64,000 nt of DNA from Felis catus (lineage: Eukaryota). This document shows positions 53,077 to 64,000 of the stretch, piece by piece; the stretch's first letter is position 1; every line of letters starts with the position of its first letter. Position numbers and translations under genes: made by a program. The notes beneath the pieces are model-generated. The model did no database searches. It had not been told where the DNA came from and worked only from the letters and a program-made list of their open reading frames with translations. The DNA lies in assembly GCF_018350175.1 (NCBI RefSeq), contig NC_058383.1, positions 20,958,001 to 21,022,000 of the forward strand, given 5' to 3'.

Positions 53077-54274
53077 TTTTAAGATTTTATTTTTAACTAA
53101 TCTCTACACCGCAAGATCAAACGTCCATCACTCTTCTGACGGAGCCAGCCAGGCACCCCACTCTCTCCTTGTCTTTAATGACCTCACACTTTAGAAGAGC
53201 AGTGAATGTTGGGTAAAACGTCCTTCAGTTTTGAGTTTGTCTGATGTCTTTCTCATAATTAGATTGAAGTTACCTGTTTGGGGGTAGAAAACCCCAGAGG
53301 TGATGCGCCCCTCTCATCACGTCCCGTCAGGGGTACAGGACATCAACATAACTTACTGATGACATTGGCCTTGAAAACAGGATTCAGATGGTGTCCTCCA
53401 GGTTTCTCTCCTGGCAAGTTATTTTCTTTCTGTTTCCATATTCTAGGCTTTAGAAGTGAATGACGAGGTCCAGCCCACACTCAAAAGGAAAGCAATTAAG
53501 TTCCACCTTCTGGAGGGAGGAGCATCAAAGATCACGTGAACGCACGTTAAAACCAGTATAATAATAAGTATTGGGGGGCAGATGTTTGAGGTTATGGAAC
53601 TATCTGGTTTCTGTTGAATGCTCCTTCCACTTATCTGAGCATTCAATCCCTGGATCTCACCTGCAACAGTTATTACTGTTGGTGGTCTCATGGTGAGTGT
53701 CTATTTCTCTAATGTTTTTACCCTTTTTACTTGGGATTTTCATGCCAGGAAGATTTATTCCTTTTCCTCCATTTGTGTATTCCATTGCTTATTTACATCA
53801 GAATGGATTCATGGATACTTATTTTGTTCTTTGTTCTAGGTAATCAGCATAATCCTACACCACTGTCATTTATTTGGTTGTTGAAAAATGTTCCGACTTT
53901 GGTCATTGGCGGTGCTTTCCTATTGGCTCCCGTGTTCTTTGAACTTGTTCCCATTTTTTGTTTGGCTTTGCTTTGTTTTGTTTAACACAACAGAGAACCC
54001 TGTTTATTCAAAAAAAATAAAACAACACGAAGGAAAAGGGCCAAGAAATACCCGACATAATCTTGAAGAACACAAGTAAAAAATAAGTATTCATACTATC
54101 AGAGAGCAAAAAAAAGAACGAGGTATTATTATATAGACGTAATAATTAAAACAATGAGAACAATATACTATTGGCCCAAAGATGGAGGAAAAAAAAAATC
54201 AATGGATGAGAATCGAAAGGCCAGAAACAGACACACGTAAGTGTGGAAAATTAGGTTTTAACAAAGCAGGCATT

Positions 54275-54390
54275 GGGGGGTGGGGGGGGAGGGGAAAGTG
54301 GGTGGTGGGCATTGAGGAGGGCACCTGTTGGGATGAGCACTGGGTGTTGTATGGAAACCAATTTGACAATAAATGTCATATTTAAAAAAA
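54275..54390 (+). mobile_element. Short felid L1 3' end
   Basis: Nearly identical to 30712-30826; TSD aaagsaggcatt. Confidence 0.9.
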
Positions 54391-55029
54391 GGAGGCATTA
54401 TAAACCAGCGGGAGAAAGAATGGACTATTTAGTAAATTATTGGCAATCCATGGGCAAGAAGAGAAACTCAGACCCCTCACCACTGTACACAAAACAGAGT
54501 AGGCAGATTAAGGACTTAAGTATGTTAAGAACTTTAAAATTTTTATAAGAAAACATCGGAGATTATTCCTATGACCTCCGGGGGGGAAAGAGTGTCGTAA
54601 ACAAAACAGGAAAAGCACGCCTCATAAAGGAAAAGAAGGATAAATTGGGCCACATTTCCAATTTCTTTTAATTACAAGATGTCATAAAAACAAAGAGAAT
54701 GAAACACAAAGTAGCCTGGAAAAATAACTTGAAATTCAGGATACATAGATCCTAAAAAATCCTTAAAAAAAAAAAAAAAGAAAAGAAAAAGAGGAAAAGA
54801 AACTTCCACAAGTAATTTGAATATCACTAGAAAAAGGATGAAGAAGGACATAAAAAGGCAGTTACACAGAAGAAAACCTGAAGGGCAAATAATCGTAAAA
54901 GATTATATTCAATCTCGCTCTCAATCAGAACAGTAAAAATTAAAAAACAGATGCTCTTCCATGTCACGCCCATAAGACTGACAAAAATTGATGTCTTACG
55001 CTTCCTAACTTTACGAAGGATGTGGGGGA

Positions 55030-55264
55030 GGGGCGCCTGGGCGGCTCAGTCAGTTCCGCTCAAGTCATGATCTCACAGTTCGCCAGTTCGAGCCCCGCGA
55101 ACACCGGGCTCTGTGCGGACAGCTCGGAGCCTGGAGCCTGCTTGGGACTCTGTGTCTCCCTCCCTCTGCTCCTCCCCTGCTCGTGCTCTGTCTCTCAAAA
55201 ATAAGTAAACGTTAAGAAATTTTTAATAAAAAAATAAGAAGGAAGAAAGAAAGAAAGAAAGAAA

Positions 55265-55329
<65 letters not shown>

Positions 55330-55345
55330 AAAAGAAAGAAAGAAG
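55030..55345 (+). mobile_element. Can-SINE with expanded (GAAA)n tail
   Basis: TSD gaaggatgtgrgg. Confidence 0.92.
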
Positions 55346-55742
55346 GAAGGATGTGAGGGAAAAGGACATACATTGCTGCTAAGACTCAATTGGTACAGCT
55401 ACATCCGAGGAAAATAGTAACGTCAGATAAAGGTCAATATGTGTTATCCCATGACCAAATATCATGCATACACTAGAAAATACTCCTTGACACACACAGA
55501 ACTTATGTATAGTGTCGTTTAACATAGTATTAAGTAAGGGGGGACAACTTAACTTTCCATCACTAAGGGAAGGAATGACTGTGGTTTATTTATACACTGG
55601 AATATTACACTGCAATGAAAGAGAACCCAGCAAGCCTACGCATATTAACTCGGATACCGCTCAAAAAGCTATTGCTGATTAACAAAAGCCAATCAAAGGA
55701 TATGTCCCATGTGACACCCATTTATGTAAAATTAAAAAAAAA

Positions 55743-55948
55743 ATTTTTTTTAATGTTTATTTATTTTTGAGACAGACAGAGCATGAACGGGGGAGGGCCA
55801 GAAAGAGAGGGAGACACAGAATGGGAAGCAGGCTCCAGGCTCTGAGCTGTCAGCACAGAGCCCAACGCGGGGCTCGAACTCACGGACGGTGAGATCATGA
55901 CCTGAGCCGAAGTCGGACGCTTAACCGACCGAGCCACCCAGGCGCCCC
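55743..55948 (-). mobile_element. Can-SINE (felid type)
   Basis: TSD tatgtaaaatt. Confidence 0.95.
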
Positions 55949-56088
55949 TATGTAAAATTTTTTAATGTATCCAAGTGTAATATAACGGTGATAGACACAT
56001 GTATATTCTTGGAACAATGCACGTTTATTTTAGGGTGTGAATACGCACGATGAAGGAGAGAGGAGATGGAACACAAACATAAATTTAC

Positions 56089-56310
56089 GGGGCGCCTGGG
56101 TGGCTCAGGCGGTTAAGCATCTGACTCTCAATTTTGGCTCAGGTAATGGTCTCACGGTTCGTGAGTTCAATCCCCGCCTCGGGCTCTCCACTGACCGCCT
56201 GGAGCCTGCTTGGGGTTCTTTCTCTCCCTCTCTCTCTGCCCCTCCCCTGCTCATGCTCGCTCTCTCTCTCTCTCTCTGTCTCAAAATAAACAAACAAACT
56301 TAAAAACAAA
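56089..56310 (+). mobile_element. Can-SINE
   Basis: TSD acaaacataaatttac. Confidence 0.93.
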
Positions 56311-56364
56311 CAAACATAAATTTACATGCAACTGCCATATTTTGCTTTTTAAAAACAGAGGCAT

Positions 56365-56751
56365 TGCAATGGACTGGACTGGTGGGAGTGTCCCCCCAAA
56401 TTCCCATGCGGAAGTCCCAACTCCAAGAGCTCAGAATATGACTATGTTTGGAGATAGGGCCTTTAAAGAAGCGGTTAAGGTGAAATGAAACCCTGTGGCT
56501 GGTCCCCATCCAGTGTCTGGTGTTCTTATAAGAAGAGGTGATAAGGACACAAACACCACAGATCCAAAGGCGACCACATCAGGACACGGTGAACAGGCAG
56601 CCGTCTGAAAGGAATGAGTTTTCAGAAAAAGACAAGCCAGCCGACATCTCGATCTCAGACTTCTAGCTTCCAGAACTGTGAGAAAATACAGTTGTGTTGT
56701 TTAAGCCACCCAGCATGTGGTATTTTGTTACTACGGCCCTCAAACCAATAC
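56365..56751 (+). mobile_element. MaLR solo LTR (MLT1B-like)
   Basis: ctcagaatatgactatgtttggagatagggcctttaaaga...cagacttctagcttccagaactgtgagaaaata...ccaatac. Confidence 0.85.
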
Positions 56752-56885
56752 GATGTCAGAAGCAAATGTGGCAAAAATTGAACATTTGTTGCTTCCGAGT
56801 ATTGGGACCACAGGCATAGGTTATACCATGTATTCTTCTGTGTGTTTGCACTGTTTCTACAACAGTTAAGAAAATAACAAGTCGA

Positions 56886-57120
56886 GGGGCGCCTGGGTGG
56901 CTCAGCGGGTTAAGCACCCGACTTCCACTCAGGTCATGATCTGGCGGTTCGTGGGTTCGAGCCCCGCGTGGGGCTCTGGGCTGACGGCTCAGAGCCCGGA
57001 GCCTGCTTTGGATTCTGCTTTTGGATTCTCTCTCTCTCTGCCCCTCCCCTGCTTGTGTTCTGTGTCTCTCTAAAATAAATAAACATTTAAAAATAAAATA
57101 AGATCTTAAAAAAAAAAAAA
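56886..57120 (+). mobile_element. Can-SINE
   Basis: Head, body, tail. Confidence 0.92.
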
Positions 57121-57306
57121 GTTCTAGCCTGGAAACGACCCACATCACTTGCAGCTGGAAAGATCACAAACCACACCTCATGGTAATTTTCTGGGAAGCC
57201 GCCTCGCTGGCATCCAGGATGACAGTTTAGACCAAAAACTAGTGTCCTAAGAATTGCAAGTTATTCAGCTCAAGGGCCATCAGTGAAAGAATATTAGCCC
57301 CTTTCT

Positions 57307-57825
57307 GTATTAGGGTTCCCTAGAAAACCAAGAGAAGGTATAGAGGTATATTTAAGTAAAGAAAGAAACAAACACATATATTTAAATGTATGAGAAATAT
57401 ATATTTTTAGGGGGAGAGAGAGATTTATTATAAAATATTGAGTCACTTGATTTCGGAGACTGAGAAGTCCCAAGACCTGAAAGTGATTCCAGAAGGGGGA
57501 AACCCCAGAGAGCCATTGGTGTCATCCTCGTCCAAAGGCCTAAAAAACAGAAAAGCCTATGTTTTAGTTCAAGTCCAAAGGCAGAAAAATGCCCCATTGC
57601 TGGAGGGAGGATCAGCCTTTTTGGTCTCGTCAGGCCTTCACCTGATTGGATGAGGCCCACCACATCAAGAAGGGCGATCTGCTTTCCTCTGTCTAATGAT
57701 TCAATTGTCCATCTCATCTGGAAACATCCTCACAGCACACCCAGAATGATGTTTGACCAAGTGTCTGGGCACCTTGTGGCTGAAACATAAAATTGAAGTT
57801 GAAACATCAAATCCATAATCATACC
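57307..57825 (-). mobile_element. MLT2-type (ERVL) LTR
   Basis: tgtattagggttccctagaaaac...agatttattataaaatattgagtcac...tgattggatgaggcccaccaca...cacacccagaatgatgtttgacca. Confidence 0.85.
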
Positions 57826-58406
57826 TTCCCCATAAAATAAATTACCTTGCTTTCACTCTCAGCTCCTCTCAATCTCTCCCTCATGTGATCCCTGGTATCA
57901 ACCTTGGAATTTTAGACTTATTATCACGGCTGAACCTATATTTAACATTATATATCTTATTATACATTTACATGTGTTTTCAGCCTGTATTTATATAATC
58001 ACACACTCTCAACGCACGCTATGTTAAATTCCTTCCACCGTTCATTCTCATCCTCTTACAATGCCCATACTTGAGGCATTTGGATTTGACACTTTGTTTT
58101 CTTCTCACCCCCCCCCCCCCCAACAAGGTTTGAACTCCTGACCGGGACCAGAACTGGACAAGACTCCCCATTATGTGGCGAGTTGTTACATGAAAGACAG
58201 GTGTCGGTTGTTTTTTTTTCTGGACACAAAGGACTCTCAAACCATGGTTAGATCAAAACAAGCCAACAAAAAACGTTTTTTTTTCGTGAAAGGATAAAAA
58301 TGTGCAAAAATGTAATTCTGTCTGCCCGTAGATAACATGATTAGAAGGTATCTTCTTTTTCTATTATTTTCTTGATTTTATAATTACAAAATAAAATATG
58401 AATACT

Positions 58407-58533
58407 GGGGGCACTTAGGTGGCCCAGTTGGTTAAGTGACTGGCTCTTGATTTCGGCTCAGGTCACGATCCCACGGTTTGTGAGTGTGAGCCCCACATCG
58501 GGCTCTGTACTGACAGTATGGAGCCTCCTTGGG

Positions 58534-58577
<44 letters not shown>

Positions 58578-58650
58578 TCTCTCTTTGCCCCTCCCCCGTG
58601 CTTGCTCGCTCTCTCCCTCAAAATAAATACATACATAAACTTTAAAAAAT
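58407..58650 (+). mobile_element. Can-SINE
   Basis: Long (CT)n; flanked by tatgaayac. Confidence 0.9.
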
Positions 58651-58661
58651 CTATGAACACC

Positions 58662-58840
58662 GGGGCACTTGGGTGGCTCAGTCAGTTGAGCGTCGGACTT
58701 CAGCTCAGGTCGTGATCTCACAGTTCGTGAGTTTGAACCCCACGTTGGGCTCTGTGCTGACAGCTCACTTCAGATCCTCTGTCCCCTTCTCTGCCCCTCG
58801 TCCTCTTGCTTGCTCTCTCTGCCTTAAAAATAAACATTAA
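58662..58840 (+). mobile_element. Can-SINE
   Basis: Head and body followed by (TA)n. Confidence 0.9.
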
Positions 58841-60247
58841 ATATATATATATATATATATGAATACCTAGTAGTTAATTTAGCAATAATAATAATAATAT
58901 TATTATTAACTCCAAGAGCACAGATGTAATGGGAAGCTCCTCTGTTAACAAATACTCAAGTTACAGGTTCTCACTGATACTATGAAAGCTACTTTTCAGA
59001 GTCAAAGGCACACAGCCTGCCACTGACAGATAACATAATCGTGGTTGCCCTGGTCTTTGTGCCACTGCTCAGTCCACACTTGCATTTGCCACGCTTGTGC
59101 TTGGTGTTTAGGCAGTTTACAAATGTTATGGACGCATCCTATCTGATGAGTAAAAAAGCAGCAAGGATGTTGAGAAAGGGCACATGGTTAGAAAGGAAAA
59201 CGAGAAATGAGACTCAAGAGGATGGGGAGGACAGACGTGCGTCGCACGAATCATTTGTGAGTGTGAATGATTTTGAAGTCACAACGAATCGCGCCTGTGG
59301 AGTCACCTGGGCTCCTTGAGAAGGGACAAAAACTGACCGTGTGACGGAAAGAAGTCGGACATCCATCCGCCTAGTGTTAATTGTGGGCAAGACTTGATAT
59401 GGGGAATTTAAGGACTAAGTGGGTTTTCAAGGGCTGCTGCCCATGCTGTTGTCTCACAGGGTCTCCCCACCAGGGACGGAGGCTTATCTGAATCCGCATA
59501 TGCCGTCAGTGTGAGCGGCAAACGACCACACGCGGGCTTCAAACCGCTAAAGAATAATGTATGTCACTAGCAAAGATTATGCAGGAAGAGCCACATACCT
59601 GCCTTAACAGATCTCCAAGAAGACAAAATTTATCTATTTGGGGAAAATAAATCTGCGAGAAAATATATATGGAAGACGGAGAAGAACATGCCTGCTTTTC
59701 AAGTTTCAAAGAAATTGATTCATATTCTTGTTAGGCAGAATTGCAGTCGGGAACCTCAGGTTTATATCTGTCTTAGTTACTTGGGACTTGAAAACATATG
59801 GATTTACAAATATCTTTCAGAACCTAATCTATCCCAAAGCATAGACCTGCCCTAAGTAACAATTGTTAACGGTTTGCTAGGCACTGATCTCTTTTTTTTT
59901 TTCCGGTTATAAATAAAAATTGGGCTCTACGACAAACACTATTATTTACTACATTCATTTTATCACAAAGACTTAGGAGACTTTTCTTATTAGTACCCCA
60001 TTTCTTTTAATGACCACAGATTGTTAAGTAGAAACTCATCCAGCATAAGATAGTAAACGAGTCTACTGATGGACATTTAGGTTATTCCAATTTGGGAATA
60101 TATATATTGCATATATAAATATTGCATATGTACGTGTAAATACAAATATGTATCTATTGGCTATAGAATTGCTGTGTCGATGGGTGTACGCGTTCCGTGA
60201 TCTGAAGAGCCAGAATTCTGAAGCAATGTGTATTTTTACCTGCGTTA

Positions 60248-60464
60248 ATTTTTAATTTTTTTAATGTTTATTTATTTTTGAGACAGAGAGAGACACAGCA
60301 CGAGCAGGGGAAAGGCAGAGAGAGAGGGAGACACAGAATCGGAAGCAGCCTCCAGGCTCCGAGCTGTCAGCACACGGCCCGACGTGGGGCTCGAGCTCAT
60401 GAACTGCGAGATCGTGACCAGGGCCAAAGTCGGATGCTTAACCGACTGAGCCACCCAGGCGCCC
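60248..60464 (-). mobile_element. Can-SINE
   Basis: Reverse head and body. Confidence 0.94.
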
Positions 60465-60479
60465 CAATGTTTAATTTTT

Positions 60480-61153
60480 TCAAAAATGTGCATTAAGTTT
60501 TCGTAACATTGACAAGATTCATACCTGGAACCCCCACGTATTTTAATAAGATTCACCCCTTGTTATCACGTTACCACATTTATCCCTGTCTCTTTTCTCG
60601 TGCTTCCCGATTTCGGAGAAGTTTGCATATATAATAACCCATTTATCCTTTAATATTTCATTGTGTATTTTCTAAAAACAAGAATATTCCTTTATTGATG
60701 TACCCACCGTACACGCATCGAGCTCAGGGATTTTAACATTGATGTAACACTTCTGTCTACTGCACGGTTTATATTCCAGTTTGGTCATTTGTCCCAATAA
60801 TGGCTTTTATAGCCCCCCCCTTTTTTTCCCCCACCAGTACAGGATCCAGTCCAGAATCATGTTTTGCATATAATTGTTATGGCTCTTTAGTGTCCTTGAA
60901 TCCGGAAACAGTCCTTAGCCTTTCATTGTTTTTCATGACTTTGACATTTTTGTGGAACGTGGCAGGTTGGTTATTTTACGTAATGTCCATCCGTTTGGGT
61001 TGGTCTGATGTTCCTTCGTGATTAAATTCATGTTTTACATCCCTGGCTAGAGTACTGTAAAAGTGATGTTGTGTTGCATCTAAAGGCACATGAAAGCCGT
61101 TTGCCCGCTCATCGGTAATTTTAATTTTTCTCATCCGATGAAAGTGTTGTCTA
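60480..61153 (-). mobile_element. L1MC-like 3' region
   Basis: ttgtgtattttctaaaaacaagaatattcc; ggatccagtccagaatcatg; tttttcatgactttgacatttttg. Confidence 0.7.
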
Positions 61154-61154
61154 G

Positions 61155-61555
61155 TGAAGGGCTTTGGAAAAAGTCCCCCCCGAATGCTGCCGTTTTGAGC
61201 TGAAGGCGATCAAGACCCAACGGACTCAAGAAAAGCTTTTACCTGTCCCTAAAATTACCGAAAGGAATTCAGACAGGAGGCCTGGCCCAGAAAGACAGCT
61301 GTTATCAAGCGATAACTTTTTTTATCTGAATGACCTATCTGTATGGCAGGACAAACATCTAATTACCAAATATCTGCGCTTCTCGTTGTGCAATGAATCA
61401 CCCTACTCCCCTTAGAAGCCCCAGACCCCATGCCACTCCTTAGCTCAAAATGGCCTAACGCCCTCAATTGCCTGGCTTGTTCCTGGTTCTCATATTCTTA
61501 CACGGCCCCAGTGTATTCGGAATTCAATTTGCTTTTCTCCTGTTAATGTGTCCTA
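61155..61555 (+). mobile_element. MER34-like ERV1 LTR (partial)
   Basis: tgaagggc...ttttgagctgaaggc start; ttgcttttctcctgttaatgtgtc near the end. Confidence 0.55.
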
Positions 61556-61758
61556 TGTTTTTTAATTTTTTTTTTTAATTTTTGAGAGAGCGAGAGAGAG
61601 AGGAACAGAGAGAGAGGGAGACACAGAATCTGAAGCAGGCTCCAGGCTCTGAGCTGTCAGCACAGGGCCCGACGACGTGGGGCTCGAACTCACGAACTGT
61701 GAGATCATGACCTGAGCTGAAGTCGGACACTTAACTGAGTGAGCCACCCAGGCGCCCC
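61556..61758 (-). mobile_element. Can-SINE
   Basis: Reverse head and body. Confidence 0.93.
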
Positions 61759-62078
61759 TCTAAGCTACATTTAATCTCAAGGGAAATTTTATTCTTTTCC
61801 AAAATGTTTCTTCTTTATTTATCTTTATCTCTGCCCATCATCATGTTATCCTCTCCCTTTATATCTCAATCTGTCAACTGATCATATAATTTTCCATTTC
61901 TTGTTTCATAAAGCAAACAATTTCCTGCATTTTATTGAGAATACAAACACGTAGATGCTTTATAAAGTGTGCCTCTGTTTCCTCTATTAGAACTCTTTCA
62001 AAGTCTCTTCAGATAAATGTCTATCTTCATGCTGTATAATCTTAAAAAAATAAGACTCAATTACATGTCTGAGATAAA

Positions 62079-62713
62079 GAGTTGATCCTTAGACAACATA
62101 GGGATTAGGGGGAGACACCAACCCTCTATGGAGTCAAAAATCCACATACAACTTTTGACTCTCCAAAAACTTAACTACTAACAGCCTACTATTGACCACA
62201 AGGCTTACCGATAACAAGCAGTTGATTTGTTTGTTGGTTTGTTTGATAACAAACAGTTGATAACGCACGAAACATCCGTATGTTTTGTAGGTTGTATGTA
62301 GCCTATACTGTATTCTTAAAATAACACATAACTTTCTTAATTCTTTTGGTATTTCGAGGCTACACAGTTTTTCTGCAAGTATTTAAAAAAAATTTTTTTT
62401 TAATGTTTATTGATTTTTGAGACAGAGAGAGACAGAGCATGAACAGGGGGAGGGTCAGAGAGAGGGAGACACAGAATCTGAAACAGGTTCCAGGCTCTGA
62501 GCCGTTAGCACAGGTCCCGACGCGGGGCTCGAACTCACAGACCACGAGATCATGACCTGAGTCCAAGTCCGATGCCCAACTGACTGAGTCACCCAGGCGC
62601 CCCTCTGCAAGTATTTTCAAATCGTTGCAAATCTCCAAAAAACTTTTTCAGTATGTTCGATTGTATAAATGGACCCTGCACAGTTCAAACGTGTGCTGTT
62701 CAAAGGTCAACTA
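62079..62713. mobile_element. Tigger2a-like non-autonomous DNA transposon interrupted by a SINE
   Basis: Imperfect TIRs agttgatccttagacaaca ... tgctgttcaaaggtcaact; internal aacttttgactctccaaaaacttaactactaa. Confidence 0.85.
62393..62603 (-). mobile_element. Can-SINE inside Tigger
   Basis: TSD tctgcaagtattt. Confidence 0.94.
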
Positions 62714-62793
62714 TATGTTGCTCTTAATTCCGCTTCTGTGTATTCACCGAGAGACACGATGTTTATGGCCTTTTCTGATTCGTCATATACATG

Positions 62794-62824
<31 letters not shown>

Positions 62825-62911
62825 CCGACGCGGGGCTCCAACTCACGGACCGCGAGATCGTGACCTGAGCTGAAGTCGGATGCTTCACGGACTGAGCCAC
62901 CCAGGCGCCCC
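62825..62911 (-). mobile_element. Can-SINE head only, abutting (CA)n
   Basis: Reverse head; 3' half absent. Confidence 0.88.
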
Positions 62912-63855
62912 AGCCAAACTCCCCGGTTTAAAAAGCTTTAAAATTCTTGAGAATCGGATGATCCTCAGAAGGGATATTGCGATATCACTACCTCATTGGT
63001 TTTCTACACTAGTTAGAATTTATTCCCGAATGGGCTCTTTCTGCATTCACGACTAGAAATCTACCACCGTCGCCGTGGCCACTGCACAGCTTAGTTCCTG
63101 TTCAATGCAGACTTCAGGTCACAGCGGATGCTGTGTCAGGTTACTAGAAGACTCTAACTACTCTAGTAACGTTTTCCCATACTGAGGGAGACTTGAATTC
63201 CTTCACTCTGGTTGGAAGAAAAGTCCAAGCTCGTGAGGTTTCTTGCAATAGTTTTCCACTACTGGTTTCACCATCATACCTGTAGACTTTCAGGTTTTAA
63301 CACGTGGAAATGCTTCCTGTCTTCTGGAAGATTGTTGCGTAATCTTCCCAGTTTCTAGGGCTCTTGTAGTTCTTCATCGCCTCATGAGTTTTTACATCCA
63401 TGCGAGCGTGGGGAAGGACCAATCGAGACGCAGCTTTCTATCATCGCAACTCAGAATTAAGGAGGTTATAATTATGTCACTGCTGCAGAAAACTCTTCAA
63501 GGGTTTCCAACTGTATCTCGCGTAAGGTACAAAAAGGCTCTCAGAAGAGCGTGGGAGCTCTTTGCAATTTGGCACCAACTTATCCGTTCAAGTTCGTTGT
63601 TATTCACGTCCTGCTGTGTATCTCAAACTCTCACCGTGCTAGACTATTCGTCTCTTTCTCTAACCTGCCTGGCGATTGCAGACCTTTCTGCTTCTGCTTA
63701 GGCACCGTCCCCTCTGCCTCAAAAGCCTCGTCTCTCGTAACTCGGTGGAAAATCCCCGCTTGTCTTTCCACGTGGCACAGAAATAGCGTCTCCTTTTTTG
63801 TAGTATTCCCAGATGCCCAGAGCAAAATTAGCCACACCGTTCTCTGTGGTCCCAT

Positions 63856-64000
63856 TGCCACAGTATGAGTGTTGCGTTCTCTCAAAATACACCCCCCTGG
63901 TGTGATGCTAGTAGGAAATGGGGCCCTTGGGAGGTGATCAGGTCACGAGAACTGAGCCCTCATAAATGAGATTAGTGCTTTTATAAGAGAGGCCCAAGAG
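63856..64000 (+). mobile_element. MaLR LTR (MLT1A-like), truncated by the window end
   Basis: ggggcccttgggaggtgatcaggtca...gagccctcataaatgagattagtgcttttataagagaggcc. Confidence 0.75.

Larger units (their letters stand above)
51745..53960 (-). mobile_element. Old L1MC-like 3' region fragmented by LTR, SINE and L1 insertions
   Basis: ttttgagataattttagaatcac...cagcttccccta; ttttgagtttgtctgatgtctttctcataattagattg. Confidence 0.6.
53985..56040 (+). mobile_element. Old L1M ORF2/3' region fragmented by younger inserts
   Basis: ccagaaacagacacacgtaagtgtggaaaattagg; ttataagaaaacatcggagattattcctatgacc; tatacactggaatattacactgcaatgaaa. Confidence 0.7.

Overview
Mammalian genomic DNA, most likely from a felid, judged by the abundant tRNA-derived Can-SINEs of the cat type with (CT)n and A-rich tails plus carnivore L1 3' ends. 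The only protein-coding sequence I can support is coding exon 1 of heparan sulfate glucosamine 3-O-sulfotransferase 4 (HS3ST4) on the minus strand (ATG at 41756, GT donor after 41023), inside a roughly 2.8-kb CpG island. Positions 1-41022 are the start of its intron 1 (exon 2 is not in the window) and positions above about 43400 are upstream flank. The rest is interspersed repeats: about 50 SINEs, L1/L2/MIR fragments, MaLR/ERV LTRs, and MER20/MER5/Tigger DNA transposons. The most interesting structure is the presumptive HS3ST4 5' leader: an ATG-initiated polyglycine uORF across a GGC repeat, an overlapping out-of-frame uORF (polyalanine if the upstream ATG is used), and a perfect 20-bp GGC/GCC hairpin ending 15 nt before the main ATG. 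I found no evidence of a novel multi-gene system. Repeat family names are from pattern recognition, not a database search, and repeat boundaries are approximate.
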